Assembly: GCA_964356335.1 (NCBI GenBank)
Contig: CAYHHI010000012.1
Location: forward strand, 2,766-66,765
DNA from: an uncultured bacterium
Lineage (GTDB): Bacteria > Arandabacterota > Arandabacteria > Arandabacterales > Arandabacteraceae
DNA: 64,000 bases
Direction: 5' to 3'
Shown here: one piece after another, positions 36,445 to 46,093 of the stretch
Position numbering within the stretch: position 1 is the stretch's first letter
Layout: each line of letters starts with the position of its first letter
Translations under genes and position numbers: made by a program
The notes under the pieces: model-generated
What the model saw: only the letters and a program-made list of their open reading frames with translations
Told to the model about the DNA's origin: nothing
Database searches by the model: none

Positions 36445-37461
36445 CTACCACCACATCTCTGGTTTTCGGCTTCTCAGCATCAAATCCTTGATTGCCTGCT
36501 TCGCAGGCTTTGCTTCGAATAGTATCTGATAAACCTCCGACGCAATCGGCATTTCGACTCCATAGTGTTCGGCGAGCCTCACCGCGCTGCGAGCGGTACG
36601 CACCCCCTCTGCAACCATTACCATGCCGGCGAGTACTTCGTCCAAGGTCTTCCCCTTGGCCATCTCTTCGCCCACGTAGCGGTTCCGGCTATGCCTTGAA
36701 ATGCATGTGGTGATCAAGTCTCCAATTCCCGCGAGCCCGGAAAAAGTCTCCTGTCTTGCTCCCATCTTGACGCCGAGGCGGGTTATCTCGGCAAGTCCTC
36801 TGGTGAGAAGGGCTCCCTTGGTATTGTCTCCGAAGCCGAGGCCATCACAAATGCCGGCTGCGATCGCCACCACATTCTTGAGCGAGACCCCGACCTCCAC
36901 ACCGACCACATCTGTGTTGGTATAGACCCTGAAGGCGGGTGTCATGAAGATCTCCTGGACGGTCTCGGCCGTCGTCTGGCTGGTTGATGAAGCCACAACG
37001 GCCGTGGGAAGCCCGCGGCTGACTTCTTCTGCATGGCTTGGGCCCACGAGGACCGCGATCCTATCTCCGGCCATGTGGAGAGCTTCCCGAGCAACCTCGG
37101 ACATGCGCTTGAGGCTTCCTTCTTCCAAGCCTTTTGTGGCGATAGTTACTACCCGGCTCTTATCGAGGAAACCTTCGGCCTTGCGGGCGGTTTCCCTCAA
37201 GACATGTGAAGGTACGACCAAGAGGGTGTGATCACTGGACCGGTACGCCTCATCTATGCTGGACGTGATCAGGACTTCATCAGGTATATGAATGCCCGGA
37301 AGCATTGCGATGTTCTCACGGTGCTCTCGCAGCGCCCGAGCCCTCTCAGGGAAGAATTCCCACATTGCAACTCTGTGACCCTTAGAGGCAAGAAGGATCG
37401 CTAGGGCAGTTCCCCAGCTCCCGCCGCCGAGTACCGTTATTGCCTTGCGAGGCTCCGTCAT
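36445..37461 (-). CDS. gpsA: NAD(P)H-dependent glycerol-3-phosphate dehydrogenase
   Basis: ITVLGGGSWGTALA Rossmann motif and the KG.E..T region. 338 aa. Conserved neighbour of plsY and der. Confidence 0.95.
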   Translation of the reverse strand: MTEPRKAITVLGGGSWGTALAILLASKGHRVAMWEFFPERARALREHRENIAMLPGIHIPDEVLITSSIDEAYRSSDHTLLVVPSHVLRETARKAEGFLDKSRVVTIATKGLEEGSLKRMSEVAREALHMAGDRIAVLVGPSHAEEVSRGLPTAVVASSTSQTTAETVQEIFMTPAFRVYTNTDVVGVEVGVSLKNVVAIAAGICDGLGFGDNTKGALLTRGLAEITRLGVKMGARQETFSGLAGIGDLITTCISRHSRNRYVGEEMAKGKTLDEVLAGMVMVAEGVRTARSAVRLAEHYGVEMPIASEVYQILFEAKPAKQAIKDLMLRSRKPEMWW

Positions 37462-38192
37462 GGCTTCTCCTCACCGTTGCGTCGAGCGCCTGAGGCTGCG
37501 CCATTTGAGCCCAGACTGCCATCGGCCTTGCGCGGGGCTTCGCCGGGGCAAGCGATGCCGCTTGAATCTGGGCCAGGTGTGCGCAGTCGTCCAACCCGAT
37601 GCTCTCCACCCTGGACCAGGCGCTTAATGTTGGACCTGTGGCGCACGAAGACGATCACAGCAACTACCAGAGCCAGATAGAACACTGGATCCCGCGAATA
37701 CTCCGATGGGCCGAACACCGCGACCAGGACCGGGAGCGCGGCCGCTGCCGCGAGTGAGCCCAGAGAGACATATCGCCAAATGGCCAAGAGCCCAGCCCAT
37801 ATGCCGATCGAGACCGCAGTGGCAAGAGGCGCAAGGCCCAGGAACACCCCGGCCCCGGTGGCGACTCCCTTGCCTCCTTTCAGTCTCATGAAAATGCTCG
37901 CAACACTGCCCAGGATCACCCCCACGGCGCAGATGAACCTCAAGTACGTGACGTGAAAGGTGTCCGGCCCAAGCATCGGTACCATCCGCGTCCCCAAGAA
38001 GCCTTTGCCGGCATCCAGAAGGAAGACCAGTAAGGCGATGCGGAAACCGAGTGCCCGGTAGATGTTGGTCGAACCGATGTTACCACTTCCGAGCTGGCGC
38101 AAGTCGAATCCCTTCGCCTTAGCGATAATGAAACCAAAGGGGATTGAACCGATTGTGTATGAAGCCAGGGCCAAAAGCAGTATCTCCAACAT
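37458..38192 (-). CDS. plsY: glycerol-3-phosphate acyltransferase PlsY (with ~45-aa low-complexity C-terminal tail)
   Basis: GSIPFG, GSGNIGSTN, GGKGVATGAG motifs. 4-nt overlap with gpsA. Confidence 0.93.
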   Translation of the reverse strand: MLEILLLALASYTIGSIPFGFIIAKAKGFDLRQLGSGNIGSTNIYRALGFRIALLVFLLDAGKGFLGTRMVPMLGPDTFHVTYLRFICAVGVILGSVASIFMRLKGGKGVATGAGVFLGLAPLATAVSIGIWAGLLAIWRYVSLGSLAAAAALPVLVAVFGPSEYSRDPVFYLALVVAVIVFVRHRSNIKRLVQGGEHRVGRLRTPGPDSSGIACPGEAPRKADGSLGSNGAASGARRNGEEKP

Positions 38193-38193
38193 C

Positions 38194-39513
38194 CTACTTG
38201 CTCTTCCTCACGCGTATCCTCAAGGGGCTGCCCTCGAAGCCATGAATGGTTCTTATCACCTTTTCAACGTGCCGCTTATAGGTCTCGGTGAAAAGCGACG
38301 GATCATTGACGAAGAGGCTGAATGCCGGCGGCCTGCTTCCCGTCTGGGCAGCATAGTAAATCCTCGGGAAGCCTACGCCCTTGCCGGATGCCGGCTTTCT
38401 CTCAAATGCCGATAGAATCGCCCGGTTCAGAATCCCCGTGGGAATCCTCACATCCAGTTCAGTATGCACGTGCAGGCACATCTCAAGAAGTGCTTTGAGG
38501 CCTTCTCCCGTCAGGCACGAGATGAATAAGACGGGAAGATAGGAAGCGCTCCGCAGCCTGGCCCGGGTGTGACTGAGAAAGGCCTTTTTGTCCTTGGGGT
38601 CTCTGAGGTCCCACTTGTTCCAGGCGAGCACCATGCCTTTGCCTGCCTTCTCGACATAGGATGCGATCACCAGGTCCTGCTTGGCGACTTTAGACTCGGG
38701 ATCGAGCATGAGAACAACGACGTCAGCGCGCTCAATGGCACTTATGGACCTCAGGTTGGCGTGTTTTTCGAGGTCCGTGTCAGTCTTGGATTTTCTCCGG
38801 AGGCCCGCCGTGTCAACGAGTCTCACGAGACCATGCCTTGTCTCGAGGAAAGTGTCTATGGAATCCCTCGTCGTTCCGGGCTTGTCATGAACGATCACGG
38901 CCTCGCTGCCCGTGAGCTTGTTTACAAGCGAAGACTTGCCGACATTGGGTTTTCCGACCACTGCGATCGCGGCCACCTGTTCTTCTTGCGTCTCGACACC
39001 GGGGATTCTGTTGGATATCGCATCGAGAAGCTCGCCTGTATTTATGCCATGCTCGGCAGAAACCTTCACAAACTCGCCGAGGCCAAGTTCATAGAATTCG
39101 GATGCCTGGGCCTCCGCTTTCTTGCTGTCAATCTTGTTGACGACAAGCAGAAACTGCCCTGCCCGTCTCCGCACCAGGCCTGCAATCTCCTGGTCAAGTG
39201 GGGTGATGCCGGTAGTGCCATCCACAACAAGCACCACGAGATTCGCCTCATCAACGGCAGCCTCGACCTGTTTTCGTACGAGGGTCTCGAGTCTATCCTT
39301 TGAGCTGGGAATGAGGCCGCCGGTGTCGACCACGAAGAAACGCTTGCCTGCCCAATGGGTCTCCTTGTAGTTCCTGTCTCTTGTCACGCCGGGTTCGTCA
39401 TCAACGATTGCGAGCCTTCCACGGACCACTCGATTAAACAGGGTTGACTTGCCTACGTTAGGCCGCCCCACAATGGCGACAACCGGGAGGTCACGGTACC
39501 TGCGGGGAGGCAT
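38194..39513 (-). CDS. der: ribosome biogenesis GTPase Der (EngA)
   Basis: Two tandem GTPase domains (GRPNVGKSTLFN and GKPNVGKSSLVN, DTGG/DTAG, NKID/NKWD) plus a KH-like C-terminus. Confidence 0.96.
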   Translation of the reverse strand: MPPRRYRDLPVVAIVGRPNVGKSTLFNRVVRGRLAIVDDEPGVTRDRNYKETHWAGKRFFVVDTGGLIPSSKDRLETLVRKQVEAAVDEANLVVLVVDGTTGITPLDQEIAGLVRRRAGQFLLVVNKIDSKKAEAQASEFYELGLGEFVKVSAEHGINTGELLDAISNRIPGVETQEEQVAAIAVVGKPNVGKSSLVNKLTGSEAVIVHDKPGTTRDSIDTFLETRHGLVRLVDTAGLRRKSKTDTDLEKHANLRSISAIERADVVVLMLDPESKVAKQDLVIASYVEKAGKGMVLAWNKWDLRDPKDKKAFLSHTRARLRSASYLPVLFISCLTGEGLKALLEMCLHVHTELDVRIPTGILNRAILSAFERKPASGKGVGFPRIYYAAQTGSRPPAFSLFVNDPSLFTETYKRHVEKVIRTIHGFEGSPLRIRVRKSK

Positions 39514-39514
39514 A

Positions 39515-40903
39515 TCAACTCCTTCCCAGCAACGAGTCGAGTTGCTTCAGAGTTTGCTTGAGGCTCGAGTGAGCCACGACAACGGGCGTCGCCAGCCCCG
39601 ATCCTATCAGGGATACGTGGATGTCATCCAGGGTCACGTTGTCAGCATTGACCACATCAGGCGGGAGGACTATGGCGTCGCATCTTGGCATCCTTCTCAA
39701 GGCGTCAATCATGGCTTTTCCCGGAAGGAGACCGCTCACTGTGACGGTTGGACCGAGAAGGGTGTTCTCCACTGCGACGACCTCGACCCTGAGGCCACGC
39801 CTTGTGAATCTCGCACCTACTTCCTCGATATAGGGTCTTGCGAGGTATCCTGTCACAAACCTCACATGCTTTCCGCGGAGGGAGGATGGTACCCTCACGG
39901 TCTTAGCCTCATCAACCAGCTGGCGCACGAGGCCCACACCATTTTCTATTTGCGGGAAATCATCGTAGTAGGAAGCGGGTGGTATCTCCAAGTCGGCAAG
40001 GGTAAACATCTCATCGGAGGCACAGACCACGCCCCTGCCGATCTTCTTCCGCATTGCGGCGTTAAGCTTCGCGACATGTTCAACAATGGCGACCGCCAGA
40101 TCACGATCAACTGGCCTGAGCTCAGGCAGACGTTGCCGGTGACGTGTCAGACCAACCGGCACAACACTGATCGAAAGAATCATACGATGGAGTCTCGAGA
40201 GATCGCCGAGAGTTCGCCGGAGGTTTTCGCCGTCGTTAAAACCAGGCACAACAACGATCTGGGTATGGAACCTTATCCCTTGTCTGCCCAGACGCGCCAG
40301 GGCATTGAGCACCGGCACCTTGGGCCTGCGGCCCAGAAGCCTTCCGCGGACACCTTCATCGGTTGTATGGACTGATACATACAGAGGCGAGAGATGCATC
40401 TCGACGATCCGCCGCTCGTCCGCCGGCCGGAGATTGGTGAGCGTAAGATAGTTCCCATGAAGAAATGAGAGCCGGTAATCCTCATCCTTGAAGTAAAGCT
40501 CGGGCCTCAAGTCCGGCGGAAGCTGATCGACAAAGCAGAAGATGCACCTGTTGTCACACGGTTTCAATCCCTCCAGCCCGGTCTCTGCGCCTGTGTCCTC
40601 GGCTATGCCGCGATGGAGCGCGATCTCGTGGCAGGCGTCGCCCCGTAGCACCATGACCGTGTGCTTCGGACCAAACGCGGCCATGTAGAAATCAAGGAAG
40701 TCATTTATGGGTGTGCCGTCGATCTCGGTGATGGTGTCACCGGGCAGCAACCCCGCCCTTTGGGCGGGCGACTTCGGTCGGACCGCGGCTACTCTGACCC
40801 CTTTGGGTGTCCCCCCGTGCCGACCCCTCGCGTCCGCATCGGCACCCTGGGTCCCGGAGGCTTTCAATCGAGCACGCTCTCGTCCAGGTGCCAGGATAGC
40901 CAC
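39515..40903 (-). CDS. PDZ plus radical-SAM-like DUF512 family protein
   Basis: PDZ segment VRPKSPAQRAGLLPGDTITEIDG and Cys cluster CDNRCIFCFVDQLP. Start proposed at GTG 40903 with GGGAGGAGG upstream. The ORF-track N-terminus runs through tRNA-Gly. Confidence 0.75.
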   Translation of the reverse strand: MAILAPGRERARLKASGTQGADADARGRHGGTPKGVRVAAVRPKSPAQRAGLLPGDTITEIDGTPINDFLDFYMAAFGPKHTVMVLRGDACHEIALHRGIAEDTGAETGLEGLKPCDNRCIFCFVDQLPPDLRPELYFKDEDYRLSFLHGNYLTLTNLRPADERRIVEMHLSPLYVSVHTTDEGVRGRLLGRRPKVPVLNALARLGRQGIRFHTQIVVVPGFNDGENLRRTLGDLSRLHRMILSISVVPVGLTRHRQRLPELRPVDRDLAVAIVEHVAKLNAAMRKKIGRGVVCASDEMFTLADLEIPPASYYDDFPQIENGVGLVRQLVDEAKTVRVPSSLRGKHVRFVTGYLARPYIEEVGARFTRRGLRVEVVAVENTLLGPTVTVSGLLPGKAMIDALRRMPRCDAIVLPPDVVNADNVTLDDIHVSLIGSGLATPVVVAHSSLKQTLKQLDSLLGRS

Positions 40904-40923
40904 AAAGCCTCCTCCCGAAGGAG

Positions 40924-40999
40924 TGGAGCGGGCAACGGGATTCGAACCCGCGACCCTCAGCTTGGGAAGCTGATGCTCTACCAACTGAGCTATGCCCGC
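40924..40999 (-). tRNA. tRNA-Gly (anticodon CCC)
   Basis: The reverse complement GCGGGCATAGCTCAGTTGGTAGAGCATCAGCTTCCCAAGCTGAGGGTCGCGGGTTCGAATCCCGTTGCCCGCTCCA has anticodon loop TTCCCAA; CCA encoded. Confidence 0.9.
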
Positions 41000-41079
41000 A
41001 TCCAGAATTGCTAACTTGTGGAAGCGTAACAGGCTGCGACTATCACGTCAAGCAGAATCTAACGCCGGACGGACTTGTG

Positions 41080-44037
41080 TCAGAGGGGTATCTCGGTCAG
41101 CCGGCGGATCGACCGTACTTTAAGTGTGGCCACGCCGAACCTGCGTTGAATGATCCCGCTGGAGACATAGGCGTGGCCGATCTCGAGTCTTTCCATGGTG
41201 ATGCCGTCGGGGACTATGCCTTCGTGGATGCCGTCGGGATTGTCAAGACTCACAAACCACAGGCCCGGGCCCTTGTCCTTGTAATGTCTTATGGCCGCCA
41301 GGAGACCTCGGATGCTTGTGGCAGGTGACGCGCTCGGCGTTCGCACATCCTCATCACACCCATCTCTCTCAAAGAACTCCAGGGGGTGCACCAGCGGAGA
41401 AAAGCCGAGCGAGGCATATTCCATCCTGCGTTTCTGAATCGCAGTGAATTCTCGGGCGGGCAGACCCGTGTCGCAATCGGCGAAACCCAGATCCAGTGCG
41501 GCGCTTGTCGGGACCCTTCCCCTCATCGCAAGGTATTCGGTGAGAAGCCTGCATCTGTCGGTTTGAAGCTCATCGAATGCGCCGCTTCCGACGAGAGCGA
41601 GGGTTTCCTCCTTGTCACTCGGCACTCTGGCCAGGAAGTCGGACAGCGAGTGAAAAGGTGCCTTACGGCGTTCCCTGATCACCAGGTCGATCGTGGCCTG
41701 CGACAGATGCTTTATGGATGCGAGACCGGTTCTTATCAGGGCTTCTTCGATTGCGAAGTCAACCCCGGAGCGATTGACAGACGGCGGCAGCACCCGGATC
41801 CCTACTCTGGTTGCCTCATTGACGTGAACCCAAAGTGGATACATGCCAGAATGGTTCCTCAGGGTCGCAGCATAGAACTCAAGGGGAAAGTTTGCCTTGA
41901 GGTAGGCAGCTGCGTAAGCAAGTGTGCCGAAGGACGCAGCATGCGCCTTGGAGAAGGTGTAGCGCGCGAATCTCTTGATATGCTTCCAGGCCTCAAGCGC
42001 ATCATCATGGGTTGTGCCTGAAGTCTGGGCGAGGAAGAGGAACTTGGCCTCGACGGTGGCGTCGTCGGCGCCGCCATCTTTGAGAGAACGCCTGAAGATG
42101 TCCGCCTCAGCCAGGCCAACCCCTGTGTGCCTTACTATCAATCTCATCACGTCTTCTTCATAAACCGGCAGGCTGATGCCTCGCTTATCTTCCACGGGAC
42201 GCCGTCGGGCTCCGATGCGCCTCTTTATGAACTCCTGCTTCATCCCTCCTGCCGACGGGCCAGGCCGCACAAGCGCAAGAGCAAGGGTGGCGTCGGCCCT
42301 TGTGGTGGCCTTCATCATGCCCAGCAGGTTGCGCATCGCGGGGGATTCGAGTTGAAAGCAGCTCAGGGTCTTCCCCTCTCGGAGAAGGTGGGCCGTCCGG
42401 ATGTCATCGGGCTTGATATCCAAGACCCGGCCGCGGCTTCCTCCAATGTCTCGTGTTGCTTCCTCAATCACGGAGAGCACACGATTCCCAAGCAAATCTA
42501 TCTTGACGAGGCCGATCTTCTCAATTGAGCGCATGTCGAACTGAGTGATCTGAATCCCTTTGTTTGCGATCTCGAGCGGTGTGTAGTAGGTGATGGGGCG
42601 GTCGGAGACCACGATGCCGGCGCAGTGAACACTGGAGTGATTGGGGAAGCCGATGATGGCACTTGCGAGCTCCGCTATGCCCTTGCGGTGTTCGAGGCTG
42701 AGCTCGGGTTTGATGCCGCCAAGCGCTCTTACGATGGTACCCGGGGGATCCTTCGAGGCATGATACGGCAGGCGGTCTGCAAGCGACTGCGCCTCGTAGG
42801 GACTCAGACCAAAGGCCTTGGCGACTTCTCTGGCTGCAAGCCTCGTCTCAAAACAGGCGCGCGTTGAGATCATCGCGACATTGCCTCGACCGAAGCGCCT
42901 GTACGCATAATCAATCACCTCATCCCTCCGCTTCCAGGAGATGTCGATATCGAGATCCGGGTAGTCGGGCCTGAGCTCGTTGAGGAAACGCTCGAAGAGG
43001 AGGCCCTCGGATATGGGGTCGACCTGGGTGATGCCCAGGAGATACGCGACGATCGAGCCCGCTCCTGAGCCTCTGCCCGTCATGGGTATTCCCTTGCGTG
43101 CGGCGAACCCCACGAGGTCGGCAACAACCAGGAAATAGTCCGCCAGGCCGAGTTTGCCGATTACTTGAAGTTCTTCCTGGAGCCTTCCCGAGGCTTCACC
43201 CGGGTGCGGTCCGTACTTCCTTGGGACCGCATCCGAGCACAGCGCCTCTAGGCCCTTCAGGGACTCCTCGAGCGAAGCCTTCACACGCGGAAAGTGAGGT
43301 TCACCGATTTCCAGTCTAAGATCGACCATGTCGGCGAGGCTGTGGGATTCTCGCAGCAAATCCGGTCGATCCGCAAACATCTGGTTGAGAGCACGGCACT
43401 TCTTGAGCGACGCATCTCGTGCGCCGAGGCGGACCTGTCCCACCGTCTTTCCTTCCCCAATTGCCATGAGCACCCGCGAGGTCTTGTAGTCAATCTCGTC
43501 GAGGCATAGCACATCCCATGATGCAAGAGCTCGCAGTGAGTGACGTTGCGCGAGTTCCAGTTTATCCCTAACCGTGGACGGGCTGTCACGGTTGGCGATG
43601 ATCTCGAGCCACACTCGATCTCTCCCAAGAGAACCCCCAAGCCTGAGCGCCGAAGCGCTATCGGGTGAAAGGACTCCCAGCCCCTCGGATGCCTCCTCTA
43701 TAAGAGCGACCAGCAACGCATCGCTTCGAAGATTCACACCGGAGGCTGCTTGGCATAGATTGGCATAGCCTTGCCGGTTGAGGGCGATGAGGCCGATCTG
43801 CTTGCCCGTCAAAGGACAGGTGAGGTCTGCGCTGATTATGGGCTTTACGCCTTCGGCAAGGCATCCTTCGTAGAATTCGATGGCCCCATAGAGATTGCCT
43901 TTGTCGAGGAGCGCGCCTGCCGTAAAGCCTTGTTCCCTGAGATAAAGGCCGATCTTGCCGGCGGCCATCGTGCCGGCGAAAAGCGTGTATCTACTTCGTA
44001 AGCGAAGGGGTACGAAGGATGTAGCCATAGGAGTCAC
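41080..44037 (-). CDS. dnaE2: error-prone DNA polymerase III alpha homolog (DnaE2/ImuC-like)
   Basis: Pol III alpha core motifs GSGAGSIVAYLLGITQVDPI, PDLDIDISWKRRDEVIDY, HCAGIVVS, VKIDLLGNRVLSVI. 985 aa, no tau/beta-binding C-terminal extension evident. Position is downstream of a Y-family polymerase in a lexA-led operon. Confidence 0.85.
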   Translation of the reverse strand: MTPMATSFVPLRLRSRYTLFAGTMAAGKIGLYLREQGFTAGALLDKGNLYGAIEFYEGCLAEGVKPIISADLTCPLTGKQIGLIALNRQGYANLCQAASGVNLRSDALLVALIEEASEGLGVLSPDSASALRLGGSLGRDRVWLEIIANRDSPSTVRDKLELAQRHSLRALASWDVLCLDEIDYKTSRVLMAIGEGKTVGQVRLGARDASLKKCRALNQMFADRPDLLRESHSLADMVDLRLEIGEPHFPRVKASLEESLKGLEALCSDAVPRKYGPHPGEASGRLQEELQVIGKLGLADYFLVVADLVGFAARKGIPMTGRGSGAGSIVAYLLGITQVDPISEGLLFERFLNELRPDYPDLDIDISWKRRDEVIDYAYRRFGRGNVAMISTRACFETRLAAREVAKAFGLSPYEAQSLADRLPYHASKDPPGTIVRALGGIKPELSLEHRKGIAELASAIIGFPNHSSVHCAGIVVSDRPITYYTPLEIANKGIQITQFDMRSIEKIGLVKIDLLGNRVLSVIEEATRDIGGSRGRVLDIKPDDIRTAHLLREGKTLSCFQLESPAMRNLLGMMKATTRADATLALALVRPGPSAGGMKQEFIKRRIGARRRPVEDKRGISLPVYEEDVMRLIVRHTGVGLAEADIFRRSLKDGGADDATVEAKFLFLAQTSGTTHDDALEAWKHIKRFARYTFSKAHAASFGTLAYAAAYLKANFPLEFYAATLRNHSGMYPLWVHVNEATRVGIRVLPPSVNRSGVDFAIEEALIRTGLASIKHLSQATIDLVIRERRKAPFHSLSDFLARVPSDKEETLALVGSGAFDELQTDRCRLLTEYLAMRGRVPTSAALDLGFADCDTGLPAREFTAIQKRRMEYASLGFSPLVHPLEFFERDGCDEDVRTPSASPATSIRGLLAAIRHYKDKGPGLWFVSLDNPDGIHEGIVPDGITMERLEIGHAYVSSGIIQRRFGVATLKVRSIRRLTEIPL

Positions 44038-45214
44038 GCTCGAGGCGGTTCATGAGATTCACCGATCTCCCAACGATAACCGCGGAGTGGCCGAACTTAG
44101 CCCGGATCGTGTCGAGAGAAAGATAGAGTTCCCGCAGCCTCTCCTCCGACGGGTCATCGTAAAGCATCTCCTGGCTGTGGTCTGCGAGCGCAAGCCCGGA
44201 GAGCACCACGCCGACCAGCCGCACGCGGCATCTCCGGTACATCCGCATGAAGACGTCCTTCGCGATCCCGAAGACGGTGTGATCAAGCACGCTGGTCTCG
44301 GAGTACGCTGCCGATGCCGTCTCAAAGGAGCCATCGCCGTAGCGCACCTTGACGCTGACTCTCCCCGGCATGGCCCGGAGGGCTCGCGCCGATCGGCAGG
44401 CCCGCTCGCTAAGGTAGTAAAGCGTGCTCAAGACCTCATCGAGATCAATCGTATCTCTCGTGAAACTGGTCTCCCGTGATATTGACCGCGGAAAGCCAGG
44501 CGGTACGTAGGGGTCACGTCCCCTCAGACGTTCGTAGACGAGAAAAGCGTTCCTGCCGAAGATCTTCTCGAGGTAGTGAAGGGGAAACTGCCTCAGGTGT
44601 TTCACGTGGGTCACATTGATCTGGCGGAGTATCTCTGCTGTCTTCTGCCCGATGCCCAAGACGTCGCTCACCGGCCGCTCACACATGAAATCCTCTTCCC
44701 CGCCGGCCCCCACCGCTGCGACTCCATCGGGCTTGACATCCTTGGCGGCGAGTTTCGCGATCATCCTGTTGGCGGCGAAGCCAAGCGTAACGCCGAGTCC
44801 GACTTCGTCTCTTATTGTGGCCTTGAGATCGTTGCCGAGGCGAAGCGGGTCGCATCTGGAGGCCGGCGTCCCCGTGAGATCGCAGAAAATCTCATCGAGG
44901 TAAGTTTCCACAAAAGGTGTGAGGCGTCTGCACCGGTCAAATATGTGTTCTGCAAACGAGGCATAGACATGTTGGTGGCCCTTGAGGACGACCACTTGGG
45001 GACAGATGCGTACCGCCCCGGCTATTGGCATGCCCGTTCGGATGCCGCGGCGCCTGGCCTCGTAGGACGAACTCGCGACAACACCTGAGCCGACGATCAC
45101 GGGTTTTCCTCGCAAGTTTGGAAAGCGTGCCTGCTCCACCGAAGGGAAAAAGGCATCGATGTCGAGATACATCATGAGCCTGCGGCCTGCTGTCGAGGTA
45201 GAGGGGCTGATCAT
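43991..45214 (-). CDS. dinB: Y-family DNA polymerase (DinB/Pol IV-like, in the ImuB position of a mutasome operon)
   Basis: MMYLDIDAFFPSVEQ, SYEARRRGI, and TYLDEIFCDLTG retain the catalytic Asp/Glu pattern of active Y-family polymerases. The start overlaps the orf84 stop (ATGA). Confidence 0.85.
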   Translation of the reverse strand: MISPSTSTAGRRLMMYLDIDAFFPSVEQARFPNLRGKPVIVGSGVVASSSYEARRRGIRTGMPIAGAVRICPQVVVLKGHQHVYASFAEHIFDRCRRLTPFVETYLDEIFCDLTGTPASRCDPLRLGNDLKATIRDEVGLGVTLGFAANRMIAKLAAKDVKPDGVAAVGAGGEEDFMCERPVSDVLGIGQKTAEILRQINVTHVKHLRQFPLHYLEKIFGRNAFLVYERLRGRDPYVPPGFPRSISRETSFTRDTIDLDEVLSTLYYLSERACRSARALRAMPGRVSVKVRYGDGSFETASAAYSETSVLDHTVFGIAKDVFMRMYRRCRVRLVGVVLSGLALADHSQEMLYDDPSEERLRELYLSLDTIRAKFGHSAVIVGRSVNLMNRLERDSYGYILRTPSLTK

Positions 45215-45465
45215 GACTCCACCATGACCAGATCAAGGTGCCAGACCATATCGTCACTGTTGAAGTGCATCTGGTAGACATCGCCCGAGTCCGACGTAAC
45301 CGAGAAGTAATGGATCTTGGCGTTGCCTTCGCGGTCCATCCAGTAGCAGTTGACTTTCACCACTCTGTGTATCTGGCCGCGCCGCATGAAGACGAGGGGC
45401 TTAAGCGTCCCTCCCCCGAAATCCGCCCGCACTCGTATTTTCTCATCAAGGCGCTCAACGAGCAT
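45211..45465 (-). CDS. hypothetical 84-aa protein, translationally coupled to the Y-family polymerase
   Basis: The ORF sits 9 nt after the lexA stop and its TGA overlaps the ATG of the polymerase gene. Product MLVERLDEKIRVRADFGGGTLKPLVFMRRGQIHRVVKVNCYWMDREGNAKIHYFSVTSDSGDVYQMHFNSDDMVWHLDLVMVES. No family recognised. Confidence 0.6.
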   Translation of the reverse strand: MLVERLDEKIRVRADFGGGTLKPLVFMRRGQIHRVVKVNCYWMDREGNAKIHYFSVTSDSGDVYQMHFNSDDMVWHLDLVMVES

Positions 45466-45474
45466 GAATCTGCC

Positions 45475-46077
45475 TCACTTGATTTTTCTTATAAGGCCGA
45501 CCACTTTACCACCGATACGCAGGTTCTGGTGTTTGGGATCTATCCTTATGGACTTGTATGAAGCATTCCTTGGCTCGAGGTCTATTGCCTTGCCCCTCTT
45601 CCGCATGACCTTGACCGTTGCTTCATCATCACCCGGGTAAGCCACAACCATGTCACCGTCTTCAGCATCCTCCTGCTGTCTCACGACGACATAGTCGCCA
45701 TCAAACATGCCGGCGTCCCGCATGCTGTCCCCATTGACTCGCACGGCGAAGTAGACGGCATTATCATGAAAGAGCGTGCTTACATCGAGCCAGCCTTCTC
45801 TGTTCTCGACCGCCATTATGGGTAAGCCGGCGGCAACCCTTCCGACTATGGGCACACCGCGGATCGGCCTCGCCTCGGGAGAAAGCATGAGCCTCTTCCC
45901 TACTCGGCGGAGGAAGCCCTTCTTCGTGAGGGCATCGAGGTGCTGGCTCACGGTCGCCGATGAGGTCAGGCGGAATCTTCTGCCGATCTCTCTATATGAT
46001 GGGAATCTGTCGCGGTCCCTTATGGATGCGATTATGTAGTCAAATATCTCGCGCTGGCGCGGCGTAAGTGGTCTCAT
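45475..46077 (-). CDS. lexA: LexA repressor
   Basis: Winged HTH MRPLTPRQREIFDYI...PSYREIGRRF, Ala-Gly cleavage site in GRVAAGLP, Ser nucleophile in VNGDSM, and Lys in VVGLIRK. The first ATG (46077) is used; the TTG extension to 46149 is rejected. Confidence 0.92.
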   Translation of the reverse strand: MRPLTPRQREIFDYIIASIRDRDRFPSYREIGRRFRLTSSATVSQHLDALTKKGFLRRVGKRLMLSPEARPIRGVPIVGRVAAGLPIMAVENREGWLDVSTLFHDNAVYFAVRVNGDSMRDAGMFDGDYVVVRQQEDAEDGDMVVAYPGDDEATVKVMRKRGKAIDLEPRNASYKSIRIDPKHQNLRIGGKVVGLIRKIK

Positions 46078-46093
46078 TTTCTCACCCTCTATC

